Positions 23,367 through 32,629 of a stretch of DNA of 64,000 bases are shown piece after piece. Origin of the DNA: Methylophilaceae bacterium (lineage in GTDB: Bacteria > Pseudomonadota > Gammaproteobacteria > Burkholderiales > Methylophilaceae); NCBI GenBank assembly GCA_036561085.1, contig DATBPY010000023.1, positions 8,367-72,366 on the forward strand. The letters are read 5' to 3'. Below the pieces are notes generated by a model. That model was not told where the DNA came from. It ran no database searches and saw nothing but the letters and a program-made list of their open reading frames with translations. How positions within the stretch are numbered: position 1 is the first letter of the stretch; each line of letters starts with the position of its first letter. The translations under genes and the position numbers were made by a program.

Positions 23367-25721
23367 TTACTGGTCTGATGACCGGCCCAGATCGTGGACC
23401 CAACGCAGGGTTTCTCTTTGAGTACGGTTGAGGTCTCTGCCCGATGTGCCTATCTTCTTTAGCATGGACTCGGCTTCCTCGAATTTGGAATGTTCCATTT
23501 TTTCGGCCAGCACCAGCAGGTCGCCCAAAAAGCCCTGATGAGTGAGCAGGGCTTGTTTTACATCGTCTTCCAGGCCGATCTGTTCCAAAACTTCTTCCAG
23601 GTTGATTCCCAGCAATACATCGGTAAGCGACAAAATACCTACGCTGAATGCACGATCACGGTAGGCTTCATGGCGTTTGTCGGCATCCGGGTGGATAGCA
23701 CATATCCCATCCATCAATTTGGCGCGAACAGTTGCCATATGCATCAGCACTTTGGCGGATTTCAGATCGCTGTGCTTATACAGCAGCACTTGTACCCAGC
23801 GCATCAACTGACGACGTCCCAGAATCACCAAAGCCTGCTGTAGGGAATCGACAGTACGCGCTAATCCCATGCCGGCAGAATTGACCAGTGCCAGTAGATT
23901 GGTGACAAGCTCGGTGCGCCCAAGGAAGGTGTGTTCTATGCGTGGCAACTCTACATCGGTAAGTAATTGACCCATCACCACCAGCAAGGCAGCCTGGTCC
24001 GGGTTGGCATTGCCTCTGGCGGCGGCTTCAGGATGCGCGAAGAAGAATCCTTCCATCAAACCGAATTCCAGCGCACGGCAGGTCTCGAACATCCGCGGCG
24101 ATTCCACGTTTCTGGCTATCGCGACCGTATGATTGGTAGAGCGCAATCTACGTAAAGCTTTGATCGCTTCAAGCTTGGAGACAGTTTGCACGTCTATCTT
24201 GGCGAAGTCGATCATGCGTAATAGCGAATCATTCACAGGAGCCTGGAAGTAATCGCTCAATCCCAGTTTGAATCCTCTCGCCTTGATTTCGATCAGTCGC
24301 GAAATATTACGATCCGACAGATTACTTACATCATCCAACTCTAATACCATGCGGTTAGCGCCGACCAACGACGCCACTTGATTGGTCATCAAGTCTTTCA
24401 TCGCAACCGGTATAAACCCAAAATGGTCGCTCACTACCCGATCTGCACCTATGTCATTCATCACTCTGCCCATATCCCCGAGACTCATCTTCGAGGAAGT
24501 ACCTTGTTTGCTGGCATATAGGGAGAGTGAGTAGCCGTTAAGCGATTGATCCGGCAACACAACGGGGACGCGCCCCAAATATAATAATTCAATATTGATC
24601 GGAGGTTGATCGGCTTCGATCTCATCGGCTTCTTCTTCGGGCGTTTTAGCCGTTTGTTCTGTAGTAGCCGGTGTCGGAGTGCCATCTGTTTTTTCTGCTG
24701 ACGTTGGGGCGGAGACTCCACTACCGCCTTCCAACTGTACATCTGTGATGGTGCGATTACGCCCGCGCTTTTTAGCCTGATATAACGCGGCATCTGCACG
24801 TTTGATAAGGGATTGCACCTCGTCATCTTGGGTCAGTTCAGCGACGCCTGCACTAAAGGTGACAGGAATGGCTTCATTCCCCTTATCGGCATTTTCAGGA
24901 GGGGTGGCTGCGATTCTTTTATGTAATTTTTCCAGCATCTGTACCGCTGTTTGGCGATCGGTCTGCGGCATCAGCAATAGAAATTCTTCTCCGCCGTAAC
25001 GGAAAAGCGTATCTGACTCGCGTATGGATTTCATGGAAATATCGGCAAAATGGGCAAGTACGGTATCGCCTACATCATGGCCGTGGTTATCATTGATGTT
25101 TTTGAAATGGTCGATATCCAACATGGCTACAGAAGCCTTTGTGTGTCGACGTTTTGCACGCGTCAATTCCCGCTCGACGTTATGTTCCATGTTTTGGCGA
25201 TTACGCGCGCCGGTCAGCGGATCTATCAGCATCTGCTGTTTGGTTTCCGTAAGCTCGGTACTTACGCCATTAAGCGCTTCGCGCGTGCTTTCCAGTTCGG
25301 TATGAGAGGCTTTTACCGAACTTCTAGCGGCGTCCATCAAAGTGAGAATAGGCTGTAATAACTCGGCAACATGTAATTTGTCGCCTGAAGCCTGAACGTC
25401 CACCATGAATTTCAAAATACCTTCATGCTGTTGTTGTAGCTTGTCTGTGAGGTCGCCAGCACTGGTGGCAACGCTGGCAGTGAGTTCTCCCAGATACTCC
25501 ACCAGCATGCGGTTGTTCTTGATGATTTCCTGGGCATTTTGCATTTCTACGCCCATATCCGATGTTTCCGGTTCGCCGTTGCCGGATAAAACAATGGTAG
25601 CAGGCGGTTCTTCCCCACTTACTTCATAGTAGATTTTTGCGTAGTTTTGCGGGGTAGGCGCAAGCCCCCGCTCATTCATAATGAGAAGGGCGCTACGTGC
25701 ATTTTTGACGATATTACTCAT
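23367..25721 (-). CDS. GGDEF (GGEEF, with RxxD I-site) + degenerate EAL-like + HDOD protein
   Basis: 'RESDTLFRYGGEEF'. The EAL-like region has substituted catalytic positions ('SLSLYA', 'LSDY', 'ARNVES', 'EGFFF'). The HDOD segment is 'LLALVNSAGMGL....LQQALVILG'. Confidence 0.8.
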   Translation of the reverse strand: MSNIVKNARSALLIMNERGLAPTPQNYAKIYYEVSGEEPPATIVLSGNGEPETSDMGVEMQNAQEIIKNNRMLVEYLGELTASVATSAGDLTDKLQQQHEGILKFMVDVQASGDKLHVAELLQPILTLMDAARSSVKASHTELESTREALNGVSTELTETKQQMLIDPLTGARNRQNMEHNVERELTRAKRRHTKASVAMLDIDHFKNINDNHGHDVGDTVLAHFADISMKSIRESDTLFRYGGEEFLLLMPQTDRQTAVQMLEKLHKRIAATPPENADKGNEAIPVTFSAGVAELTQDDEVQSLIKRADAALYQAKKRGRNRTITDVQLEGGSGVSAPTSAEKTDGTPTPATTEQTAKTPEEEADEIEADQPPINIELLYLGRVPVVLPDQSLNGYSLSLYASKQGTSSKMSLGDMGRVMNDIGADRVVSDHFGFIPVAMKDLMTNQVASLVGANRMVLELDDVSNLSDRNISRLIEIKARGFKLGLSDYFQAPVNDSLLRMIDFAKIDVQTVSKLEAIKALRRLRSTNHTVAIARNVESPRMFETCRALEFGLMEGFFFAHPEAAARGNANPDQAALLVVMGQLLTDVELPRIEHTFLGRTELVTNLLALVNSAGMGLARTVDSLQQALVILGRRQLMRWVQVLLYKHSDLKSAKVLMHMATVRAKLMDGICAIHPDADKRHEAYRDRAFSVGILSLTDVLLGINLEEVLEQIGLEDDVKQALLTHQGFLGDLLVLAEKMEHSKFEEAESMLKKIGTSGRDLNRTQRETLRWVHDLGRSSDQ

Positions 25722-25952
25722 AGACTTTTAGCTAAAGTTCAACTGTTAGATTGTCCGAAGCTCTTAAACTCCTCTATCATAACGCAATTGCAGTAAATTT
25801 GACCTCACTATGCACTAATATGAGAAATCGCTCAACCATTGCCAGCGGGAACAGTTTCGCGATTTGGCAATTTTTGCATCACTCGGGTAGAAGGCAGTTC
25901 TGTCCCAATTTTCGCGTTTTACCCTTTTAATTTTTTTCGACGAGCGACTTTT

Positions 25953-27293
25953 ATGCATATCCATATCCTCGGTATCTGTGGCACTTTTATGGGCGGTATC
26001 GCAGTGCTGGCAAAATCAGCTGGGCACCACGTCACAGGCTGCGATGCCAATGTGTATCCGCCGATGAGTACTCAGCTGGAGGCGCAAGGCATCGCGCTGA
26101 CAGAAGGCTTTGCTCCTGAGCAGGCTGATATAGGCGCGGATATTTTTGTGATCGGGAATGTAGTGTCGCGCGGCAATCCGCTGATGGAAGAGATACTCAA
26201 TCGCGGTCTGCCTTATATTTCCGGACCGCAATGGTTGGCGGAAAACGTATTGCGAGATAAATGGGTGCTGGCAGTAGCCGGAACTCACGGAAAAACCACG
26301 ACCAGTTCCATGCTGGCCTGGATATTGGAATATGCTGGGATGCAGCCTGGTTTTTTAATTGGCGGCGTTCCGCAAAACTTCGGAATTTCGGCGCGTTTAG
26401 GAGAAACTCCTTTTTTTGTGATTGAGGCGGATGAATACGACACCGCTTTCTTCGACAAGCGTTCCAAGTTCGTACATTATCATCCGCGCACCGCTGTGTT
26501 GAATAATCTTGAATTCGATCATGCTGACATTTTCGGCGATCTTGCTGCGATTGAAACGCAATTCCATCATTTGGTGCGGACTGTGCCTGCAAAGGGGTTG
26601 ATCGTTAGTAACGGCCGGGATGCGAATCTTGATCGAGTGCTGGAACGCGGATGCTGGACGCCTGTGGAGCGTTTCGGAACTGACTGGCACGCGATAGATG
26701 TGACACCCGACGGTAGTTGCGAGATTTTACTCAATAAGCAATCCCAAGGGCGCTTGCATTGGGATCTGCTCGGCGAACATAATCGTATGAATGCGCTTGC
26801 GGCGATCGCAGCGGCACGCCATGTCGGCGTGTCGCCAGGGATTGGAATCGAGGCACTAAGCAAATTTCAGAATGTCAAACGTCGCATGGAATTACGGGGT
26901 GTGATTAACGGCATCAGTGTATATGACGATTTCGCACATCACCCCACGGCTATCGATACCACCATTGCGGGTTTACGCGCCAAAGTGGGCAACCAGCGTA
27001 TCTTTGCCGTGCTTGAGCCGCGTTCGAATACGATGAAGCTGGGCGCCGTTAAGGACCTATTGCCGGAAAGCCTTAAACAAGCGGATCTAACCTTTTGCTA
27101 TGTCGCCAATCTGGGGTGGGATGCTGCTGCAACCTTGGCCCCGTTAGGGAAAACGGCTAGTACATATAACGATCTGGACGTGATGGTAGAGTGTATTGCG
27201 CAACAGGCGCAGCATGGAGATCATATTCTGGTGATGAGTAACGGCGGATTTGGCGGCATACACGAAAAATTGTTGAAGAGACTAGCAGCTTGA
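25953..27293 (+). CDS. mpl: UDP-N-acetylmuramate:L-alanyl-gamma-D-glutamyl-meso-DAP ligase
   Basis: 'MHIHILGICGTFMGG' N-terminus and P-loop 'GTHGKTTT'. The ATG at 25953 removes an implausible N-terminal extension. Confidence 0.9.
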   Translation: MHIHILGICGTFMGGIAVLAKSAGHHVTGCDANVYPPMSTQLEAQGIALTEGFAPEQADIGADIFVIGNVVSRGNPLMEEILNRGLPYISGPQWLAENVLRDKWVLAVAGTHGKTTTSSMLAWILEYAGMQPGFLIGGVPQNFGISARLGETPFFVIEADEYDTAFFDKRSKFVHYHPRTAVLNNLEFDHADIFGDLAAIETQFHHLVRTVPAKGLIVSNGRDANLDRVLERGCWTPVERFGTDWHAIDVTPDGSCEILLNKQSQGRLHWDLLGEHNRMNALAAIAAARHVGVSPGIGIEALSKFQNVKRRMELRGVINGISVYDDFAHHPTAIDTTIAGLRAKVGNQRIFAVLEPRSNTMKLGAVKDLLPESLKQADLTFCYVANLGWDAAATLAPLGKTASTYNDLDVMVECIAQQAQHGDHILVMSNGGFGGIHEKLLKRLAA

Positions 27294-28246
27294 AAGAGGC
27301 TATCCAACGCCAGAATCGTCTAGGCATGATGCTTGGGGTATCGATCATGCTGCATGTCGCAGTGTTTTTGGGCGTCAAATTCAGTCCGCTGGATCCCGGC
27401 AGTCTTAAGCATCTCACTGATAAGCTGCCGCCATTGGAAGTCGTCCTGGTAAATGCCAAAACGGAGTCTGAACCTCTCCAGGCGCAGGTGCTGGCGCAGA
27501 ACAACTTGGATCGGGGTGGAGATACCGACGCCGATAAACGTATGAAGACACCGTTGCCGACTAAACCTTCTTTAGTAAGGGCACTCAAACCCGAACCTCG
27601 GCAAGATATGGAAACTCGTCAGGCCAGTAAGCACTCTAACAAGATAGTTGAGCAGGTTAAGCATACGCAACAGCAGGTAAAGGAAATTGAAAAGCAGGTA
27701 AAGCAGGTCATCACCCAGCTAAATAGTAAACCGCTGGAGCAAACCAGTGCCCCGCAAGCTTCACAGGAGTCGAGCACTCCCAATATCACGCAATTCAATG
27801 CGCATGATGCGGTATCCCATGCATTGAGTGGTGAAATACGCCACGAAGAAGCGGAGCTGGCACGAGAAGTTGAGGAATATCAAAAGCGTCCGGTGCGCAA
27901 GGTTTATGGCGTCAATGCCAAGGGTTATCGTTTCGCACTATATGTCGAAGAGTGGAGGCAAAAGGTAGAGGGCATTGGCAGGCTTAATTTTCCTGAAGAG
28001 GCAAAGACACAAAAGATCTACGGTAGCTTGATCATGACGGTTTCGCTGCGCGCCGACGGCAGCATAGAAAAGCTGGATATCGGTAAAAGTTCGGGCTACA
28101 AGATGCTGGATGATGCCGCACGCCGTATTGTTGAGTTGGGAGCTCCGTATAACGCATTTTCAGCAGATATGAAGAATGACACGGACATACTTGAAATCAC
28201 ACGCACTTGGACATTTACTCGTGAAGAAACGCTTTCGAGCAAATAA
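27290..28246 (+). CDS. TonB C-terminal-domain protein (no proline-rich spacer)
   Basis: N-terminal TM helix containing His, a Q/K/E-rich middle and a C-terminal 'SSGYKMLDDAARRIV' TonB-like domain. The TTG start overlaps the mpl stop, and the start is uncertain (ATG alternative at 27326). Confidence 0.6.
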   Translation: MKEAIQRQNRLGMMLGVSIMLHVAVFLGVKFSPLDPGSLKHLTDKLPPLEVVLVNAKTESEPLQAQVLAQNNLDRGGDTDADKRMKTPLPTKPSLVRALKPEPRQDMETRQASKHSNKIVEQVKHTQQQVKEIEKQVKQVITQLNSKPLEQTSAPQASQESSTPNITQFNAHDAVSHALSGEIRHEEAELAREVEEYQKRPVRKVYGVNAKGYRFALYVEEWRQKVEGIGRLNFPEEAKTQKIYGSLIMTVSLRADGSIEKLDIGKSSGYKMLDDAARRIVELGAPYNAFSADMKNDTDILEITRTWTFTREETLSSK

Positions 28247-28278
28247 AGAAAGCCATTAGGAAAAACTGAAGAATTATT

Positions 28279-28587
28279 ATGAGCTATTACAAACATCACG
28301 TATTTTTCTGCCTGAATGAGCGCGAAGATGGCGCAGCATGCTGCTGCGACCACAATGCGAAGGCGATCTTCGATGCGACTAAGCGCAAGGTAAAGAACAT
28401 GAACCTGAACGGCAAGGGCAAGGTAAGAATGAATCGCGCCGGGTGTCTAGACCGTTGCTCAGAAGGGCCGGTGCTGGTGGTCTACCCGGAGGCAGTGTGG
28501 TACACGTATGTCGATCAGGAGGATGTGGACGAGATCGTCGAATCGCACCTGAAGAACGGCAAAGTGGTGGAGCGGCTGAAGATTTAA
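28279..28587 (+). CDS. thioredoxin-like [2Fe-2S] ferredoxin-domain protein
   Basis: 102 aa. Cys ligand pattern 'FFCLNER....CCC' and 'AGCLDRCSEGP'. Confidence 0.7.
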   Translation: MSYYKHHVFFCLNEREDGAACCCDHNAKAIFDATKRKVKNMNLNGKGKVRMNRAGCLDRCSEGPVLVVYPEAVWYTYVDQEDVDEIVESHLKNGKVVERLKI

Positions 28588-28994
28588 CTTAAGGCCGCAA
28601 TCACTTTCCTTCGTAAGTCTTCAATATCTACCGTACGTTTATCTGCATTCCGCCTGGTTGTCCCCCAAATGGGATTGGGGAAGTGTTTGTCATCGGTGAA
28701 TCGTGGGATCACATGCCAGTGCATATGCGGCACCACATTGCCCAAGCTGGCGAGATTGATCTTTTGCGGTTGTACCGCTTCCCGCACTACTTGCTCCACG
28801 GCGAATACCACAGCCATTAAACGGTTGCGCTCGGCAGCACTCAAATCCGTCATCTCCTGCACATGACGATTCAAGATCACGCGGCAAAAACCGGGGTAAT
28901 CAATATCATTCACCAGTACTACACGGCAGAAGTCGTCGCGCCATAGAGGTTCTCCTCCGTCGCTGTCGCAAAGTTCGCAGGTCACTAAATTCAT
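28584..28994 (-). CDS. HIT family hydrolase
   Basis: Histidine triad 'HMHWHVIPR'. Confidence 0.8.
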   Translation of the reverse strand: MNLVTCELCDSDGGEPLWRDDFCRVVLVNDIDYPGFCRVILNRHVQEMTDLSAAERNRLMAVVFAVEQVVREAVQPQKINLASLGNVVPHMHWHVIPRFTDDKHFPNPIWGTTRRNADKRTVDIEDLRRKVIAALS

Positions 28995-29088
28995 GATTAT
29001 TTATATTTGATTCTTAAAAAGATCATAAGACCATGATACTAAATGGCACTCCGCCTGTGATTTTTTATTAGAGAACGACATAAATCGG

Positions 29089-29131
29089 TTGACGTGCTAT
29101 CGATTATTAATTGATAATGATTCTTATTAAG
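29089..29131 (+). promoter_or_regulatory. sigma70-like promoter (TTGACG-18 nt-GATAAT) overlapped by a Fur-box-like sequence
   Basis: 29113-29131 GATAATGATTCTTATTAAG matches 14 of 19 positions of the classical GATAATGATAATCATTATC. It overlaps the -10 element. Confidence 0.5.
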
Positions 29132-29266
29132 ATTGTTTTAACTAAATCAGGTCGAGCTTACCGCTTACCGAGCAATTCTCTCAGCTACTCCAGAATGTCT
29201 GATTGCGGATTAAATTAGAACGGATAAGACATTCCACAGGCAATTCAAGTAAATCGAAACCATACT

Positions 29267-30421
29267 ATGAAAACTTCTCATCGAATATCAACCTCAATAG
29301 CGATCCTGCTGAGTCTCGCAGCTTTGCATACTGCCCCCGTGAGGGCCGATGCCAGTAGCAAAGCCCTGCTGGAAACCATACATCACCACAAAGTACTGAC
29401 TTCCACTATCCCGGAAAATGGCGATGTTAATCCATACGCAGTAGTGATCGCACCTGTATCGGCCGGAGCTATCGTCAAGGACGATGTGTTGGTGGACAAT
29501 TTTAATAACATCGGCAATCTACAGGGCGCCGGTACTACCATCATCAGATATCGTCCAAGCACCAAGGAAACCAAGCTATTTGCACAAGTCCCGCGCAATC
29601 TGAAGGAATGTCCTGGTGGTGTTGGATTGACCACCGCGATGACCATATTGAAGAGTGGCTGGGTAATCGTAGGCAGTCTACCAAGTACCGATGGCACGAC
29701 AGCTACCAAAGGCGATGGCTGCATGCTGGTATTAGATGCTAATGGGCATCACGTCGCCACCTGGTCCGGCCCAAAGATCAACGGGCCATGGGGCGATATC
29801 GCGACCATAGACCACGGCGACAGCGCGACCTTGTTCATCAGCATGGCAGGGTTTGGTATTCAAGGGCCGGATGTTCTCGATCCCGCTACGCATGCTTCGG
29901 TCGTTGTGCATAAAGCAACTGTGTTACGCCTCGATCTGACTATCGCCAATGGCAAGATACCCGTCATAAAAAATCAGACAGTGATAGGTGATGGTTTCTC
30001 GCAACAGGCCGATAAAGGCAGCTTTTTGTTCGGCCCCACCGGGCTGGCATTGGGGCAGGACGATACGCTTTATATAACGAATGGATTGGATAACGAAATC
30101 ACGGCGATCACCCAGGCCAGCACTCGTACTACCAGTGCCAGGACGGGGCGGCTGGTGACTAAGGGTGGCATGCTAGCCGGGCCGCTGGCGATGGTGATGA
30201 CGCCTGCAGGTCATTTAGTCGTATGTAATGGTAGGAACGGTCAGGCAGTTGAGATCGATCCTGTTTCGGGCAAGCAACTTTACGCGCATTGGCTGGATCA
30301 AAACCAAGCCCAGTCCCCTCCCGGCAATGGTGATCTGTTCGGGATCGCATTGACCCCGGATGGCAAGGGTTTCTATTATGTTGAAGATGAAGTTAACGCT
30401 TTGGTATTGGCTACACCATGA
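29267..30421 (+). CDS. secreted beta-propeller (NHL-like repeat) protein, function unknown
   Basis: Signal peptide ending 'VRA/DA', with repeated 'G(P)xGxAL.....LY(V)xN' blades. The stop overlaps the start of the DyP gene (ATGA). Confidence 0.6.
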   Translation: MKTSHRISTSIAILLSLAALHTAPVRADASSKALLETIHHHKVLTSTIPENGDVNPYAVVIAPVSAGAIVKDDVLVDNFNNIGNLQGAGTTIIRYRPSTKETKLFAQVPRNLKECPGGVGLTTAMTILKSGWVIVGSLPSTDGTTATKGDGCMLVLDANGHHVATWSGPKINGPWGDIATIDHGDSATLFISMAGFGIQGPDVLDPATHASVVVHKATVLRLDLTIANGKIPVIKNQTVIGDGFSQQADKGSFLFGPTGLALGQDDTLYITNGLDNEITAITQASTRTTSARTGRLVTKGGMLAGPLAMVMTPAGHLVVCNGRNGQAVEIDPVSGKQLYAHWLDQNQAQSPPGNGDLFGIALTPDGKGFYYVEDEVNALVLATP

Positions 30422-31668
30422 ATGGTTTTAAGAATTCCGCCAGTAGATTTTCCGTGAGCAGTTTTATACGCGATGTGTCGTTGGCTGCGTTTATTACATT
30501 TGCCAGTTTGAACGCGCATGCCCAAACCCAGACTGAGCCTTTTTGGGGAGAGCATCAGGCTGGAATCACCACGCCGATGCAGAGCCATACCTACTTCATC
30601 GCTTTCGATCTGCAGACCACCAAACGCGAGGACGTCATCGCACTGTTGAAAGCATGGACCGATGCCGCAGCCAGTATGACTCAAGCTCAGGCAGATGGAA
30701 CCGCAAAAGTAGATGCAAACGGAGTCGCCAAAGATTCCGGGGCCACCATCGGCTTATCGCCGGCTCGTCTGACCATTACATTTGGATTCGGGCCCACCCT
30801 GTTTGAAAAAGATGGCGTGGATAGATACGGATTAGCCAGCCGTCGTCCCGCAGCACTTGCCGATCTGCCGCGTTTTGCCGGGGATCAACTGATTGCAGAG
30901 CGAACCGGCGGCGATCTGTCGGTGCAGGCATGTTCAGACGATCCCCAAGTTGTGGAGTACGCGATCCGCCGCCTGGCTACGTTGGCTAACGGCATCGCCA
31001 GCATCCGCTGGGGCCAGCCCGGGTTCAGCGGAGACTTTAAAGCGGGCGAGACGCCGCGCAATCAAATGGGTTTCAAGGACGGTACCCTGAATGTTTCGAC
31101 CAAAGACGCCAAGCTCATGCAGCAGTTTGTCTGGGTCGGCGAAGAAGGTCCGGCGTGGATGCGCGGCGGCAGCTATATGGTGATACGACCTACCCGCATC
31201 GCACTGGAGCACTGGGACCAGATGAAATTGGGGTTTCAGGAACAAACCATAGGCCGCCAGAAATATTCCGGCGCGCCTATCGGCAAACAACATGAAATGG
31301 ATCCGCTCGATCTTAAGGCCGTCGATAAGGAGGGCAACCCGGTCACTGCCGAGCTTTCCCATGCCGCGATGGCAGCGCCCGAGAATAACGACGGCGCGCA
31401 GATCCTGCGTAGGGCCTACTCATACGATAATGGATTGATCCATGTCGCGGAGCGTTGGCCCCCTTGGTTGCAGACCACTACCTTCGATGCCGGTTTGTTA
31501 TTCGAGTGTTATCAGCGCGACCCGAGAACCGGGTTCGTCAGGATATTTGGAAAAATGTCGCAGCTCGACATGCTGAATCAATTTGTAACGCCGGTTGGAA
31601 GCGGTTTATTCGCTATCGCCCCAGGTGCCAAGCCTGGAGAATATATCGGTCAGCGCCTGTTCGAATAA
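30418..31668 (+). CDS. efeB: DyP-type peroxidase (EfeB/deferrochelatase family)
   Basis: 'PFWGEHQAGI' N-terminal region and DyP 'GFKDGT' (GxxDG) motif. 416 aa. Confidence 0.85.
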   Translation: MNGFKNSASRFSVSSFIRDVSLAAFITFASLNAHAQTQTEPFWGEHQAGITTPMQSHTYFIAFDLQTTKREDVIALLKAWTDAAASMTQAQADGTAKVDANGVAKDSGATIGLSPARLTITFGFGPTLFEKDGVDRYGLASRRPAALADLPRFAGDQLIAERTGGDLSVQACSDDPQVVEYAIRRLATLANGIASIRWGQPGFSGDFKAGETPRNQMGFKDGTLNVSTKDAKLMQQFVWVGEEGPAWMRGGSYMVIRPTRIALEHWDQMKLGFQEQTIGRQKYSGAPIGKQHEMDPLDLKAVDKEGNPVTAELSHAAMAAPENNDGAQILRRAYSYDNGLIHVAERWPPWLQTTTFDAGLLFECYQRDPRTGFVRIFGKMSQLDMLNQFVTPVGSGLFAIAPGAKPGEYIGQRLFE

Positions 31669-31675
31669 AACCTAA

Positions 31676-32629
31676 TTAGTCGGCTATGCTCACGCCTGCT
31701 CCATGCGCTTGCTGGTCGGCGTGGTAGCTGCTTCTCACCATGGCTCCGCAGGCTGCTTGCGAAAAACCCATCGCTAGCGCTTGTTGTTCAAATAAGACAA
31801 AACGGGCAGGTTCTACAAAGCGCATTACCGGCAGATGATGCGGACTGGGTTGCAGATATTGTCCCAACGTCAGCATTTCCACATTATGGTCGCGCAAATC
31901 TTGCATCACTTGCAGAATCTCTTCATCCGTTTCGCCCAAGCCGAGCATCAAACCTGACTTGGTCGGGATATGCGGATGTTGTGCTTTGAATTCCGCCAGC
32001 AGTTTTAGCGAATGCGCGTAGTCCGCGCCGGGGCGAGCCTGTTTGTAAAGCCGTGGCACGGTCTCCAGATTATGGTTGAGGACATCGGGTGGGTTATCTA
32101 CCATCGCAGCCAGTGCGGGAGCCAGGCGTCCGCGGAAATCAGGCACCAGCGTTTCAATGCGGATATTCGGGCTTGCTGCTCTTACTGCCTGGATGCAGTC
32201 CGAGAAATGTTTGGCACCGCCATCGCGCAGATCATCCCTGTCTACACTGGTGATCACCACATACTTCAATTGCATCTGTGCAATGGTGCGTGCCAGATTA
32301 GCCGGTTCGTCCGCATCCGGGGGCAGCGGTTTGCCGTGAGCTACATCACAGAATGGGCAGCGCCGCGTACATAGATCACCCAGTATCATGAATGTCGCCG
32401 TGCCACCGCTAAAGCATTCGCCTATGTTCGGGCAACTGGCTTCTTCGCACACGGTATGCAGATTGTTATCGCGCAGTATTTGTTTGATTTCGCGGAAACG
32501 TGCGCTGTCAGGCACTTTCATGCGTATCCATTCCGGTTTGCGCAATGCGGGCTGCGGAATGATCTTGATAGGGATGCGCGCGGTTTTAGCAGCGCCCTTT
32601 TGTTTTTCTGGTTGCTTTTCTGGAATCAT
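31676..32629 (-). CDS. lipA: lipoyl synthase
   Basis: '[12 protein letters not shown]' and radical-SAM 'CTRRCPFC'. The internal ATG at 32629 overlaps the upstream reductase stop (ATGA). Confidence 0.95.
   Translation of the reverse strand: MIPEKQPEKQKGAAKTARIPIKIIPQPALRKPEWIRMKVPDSARFREIKQILRDNNLHTVCEEASCPNIGECFSGGTATFMILGDLCTRRCPFCDVAHGKPLPPDADEPANLARTIAQMQLKYVVITSVDRDDLRDGGAKHFSDCIQAVRAASPNIRIETLVPDFRGRLAPALAAMVDNPPDVLNHNLETVPRLYKQARPGADYAHSLKLLAEFKAQHPHIPTKSGLMLGLGETDEEILQVMQDLRDHNVEMLTLGQYLQPSPHHLPVMRFVEPARFVLFEQQALAMGFSQAACGAMVRSSYHADQQAHGAGVSIAD

Noticed and set aside
25864-25880. Sigma54-like TGGCAA-N-TTGCAT upstream of mpl
   Set aside because: The GG and GC elements are spaced about 2 nt too closely compared with the -24/-12 consensus, and mpl is not a plausible RpoN target.
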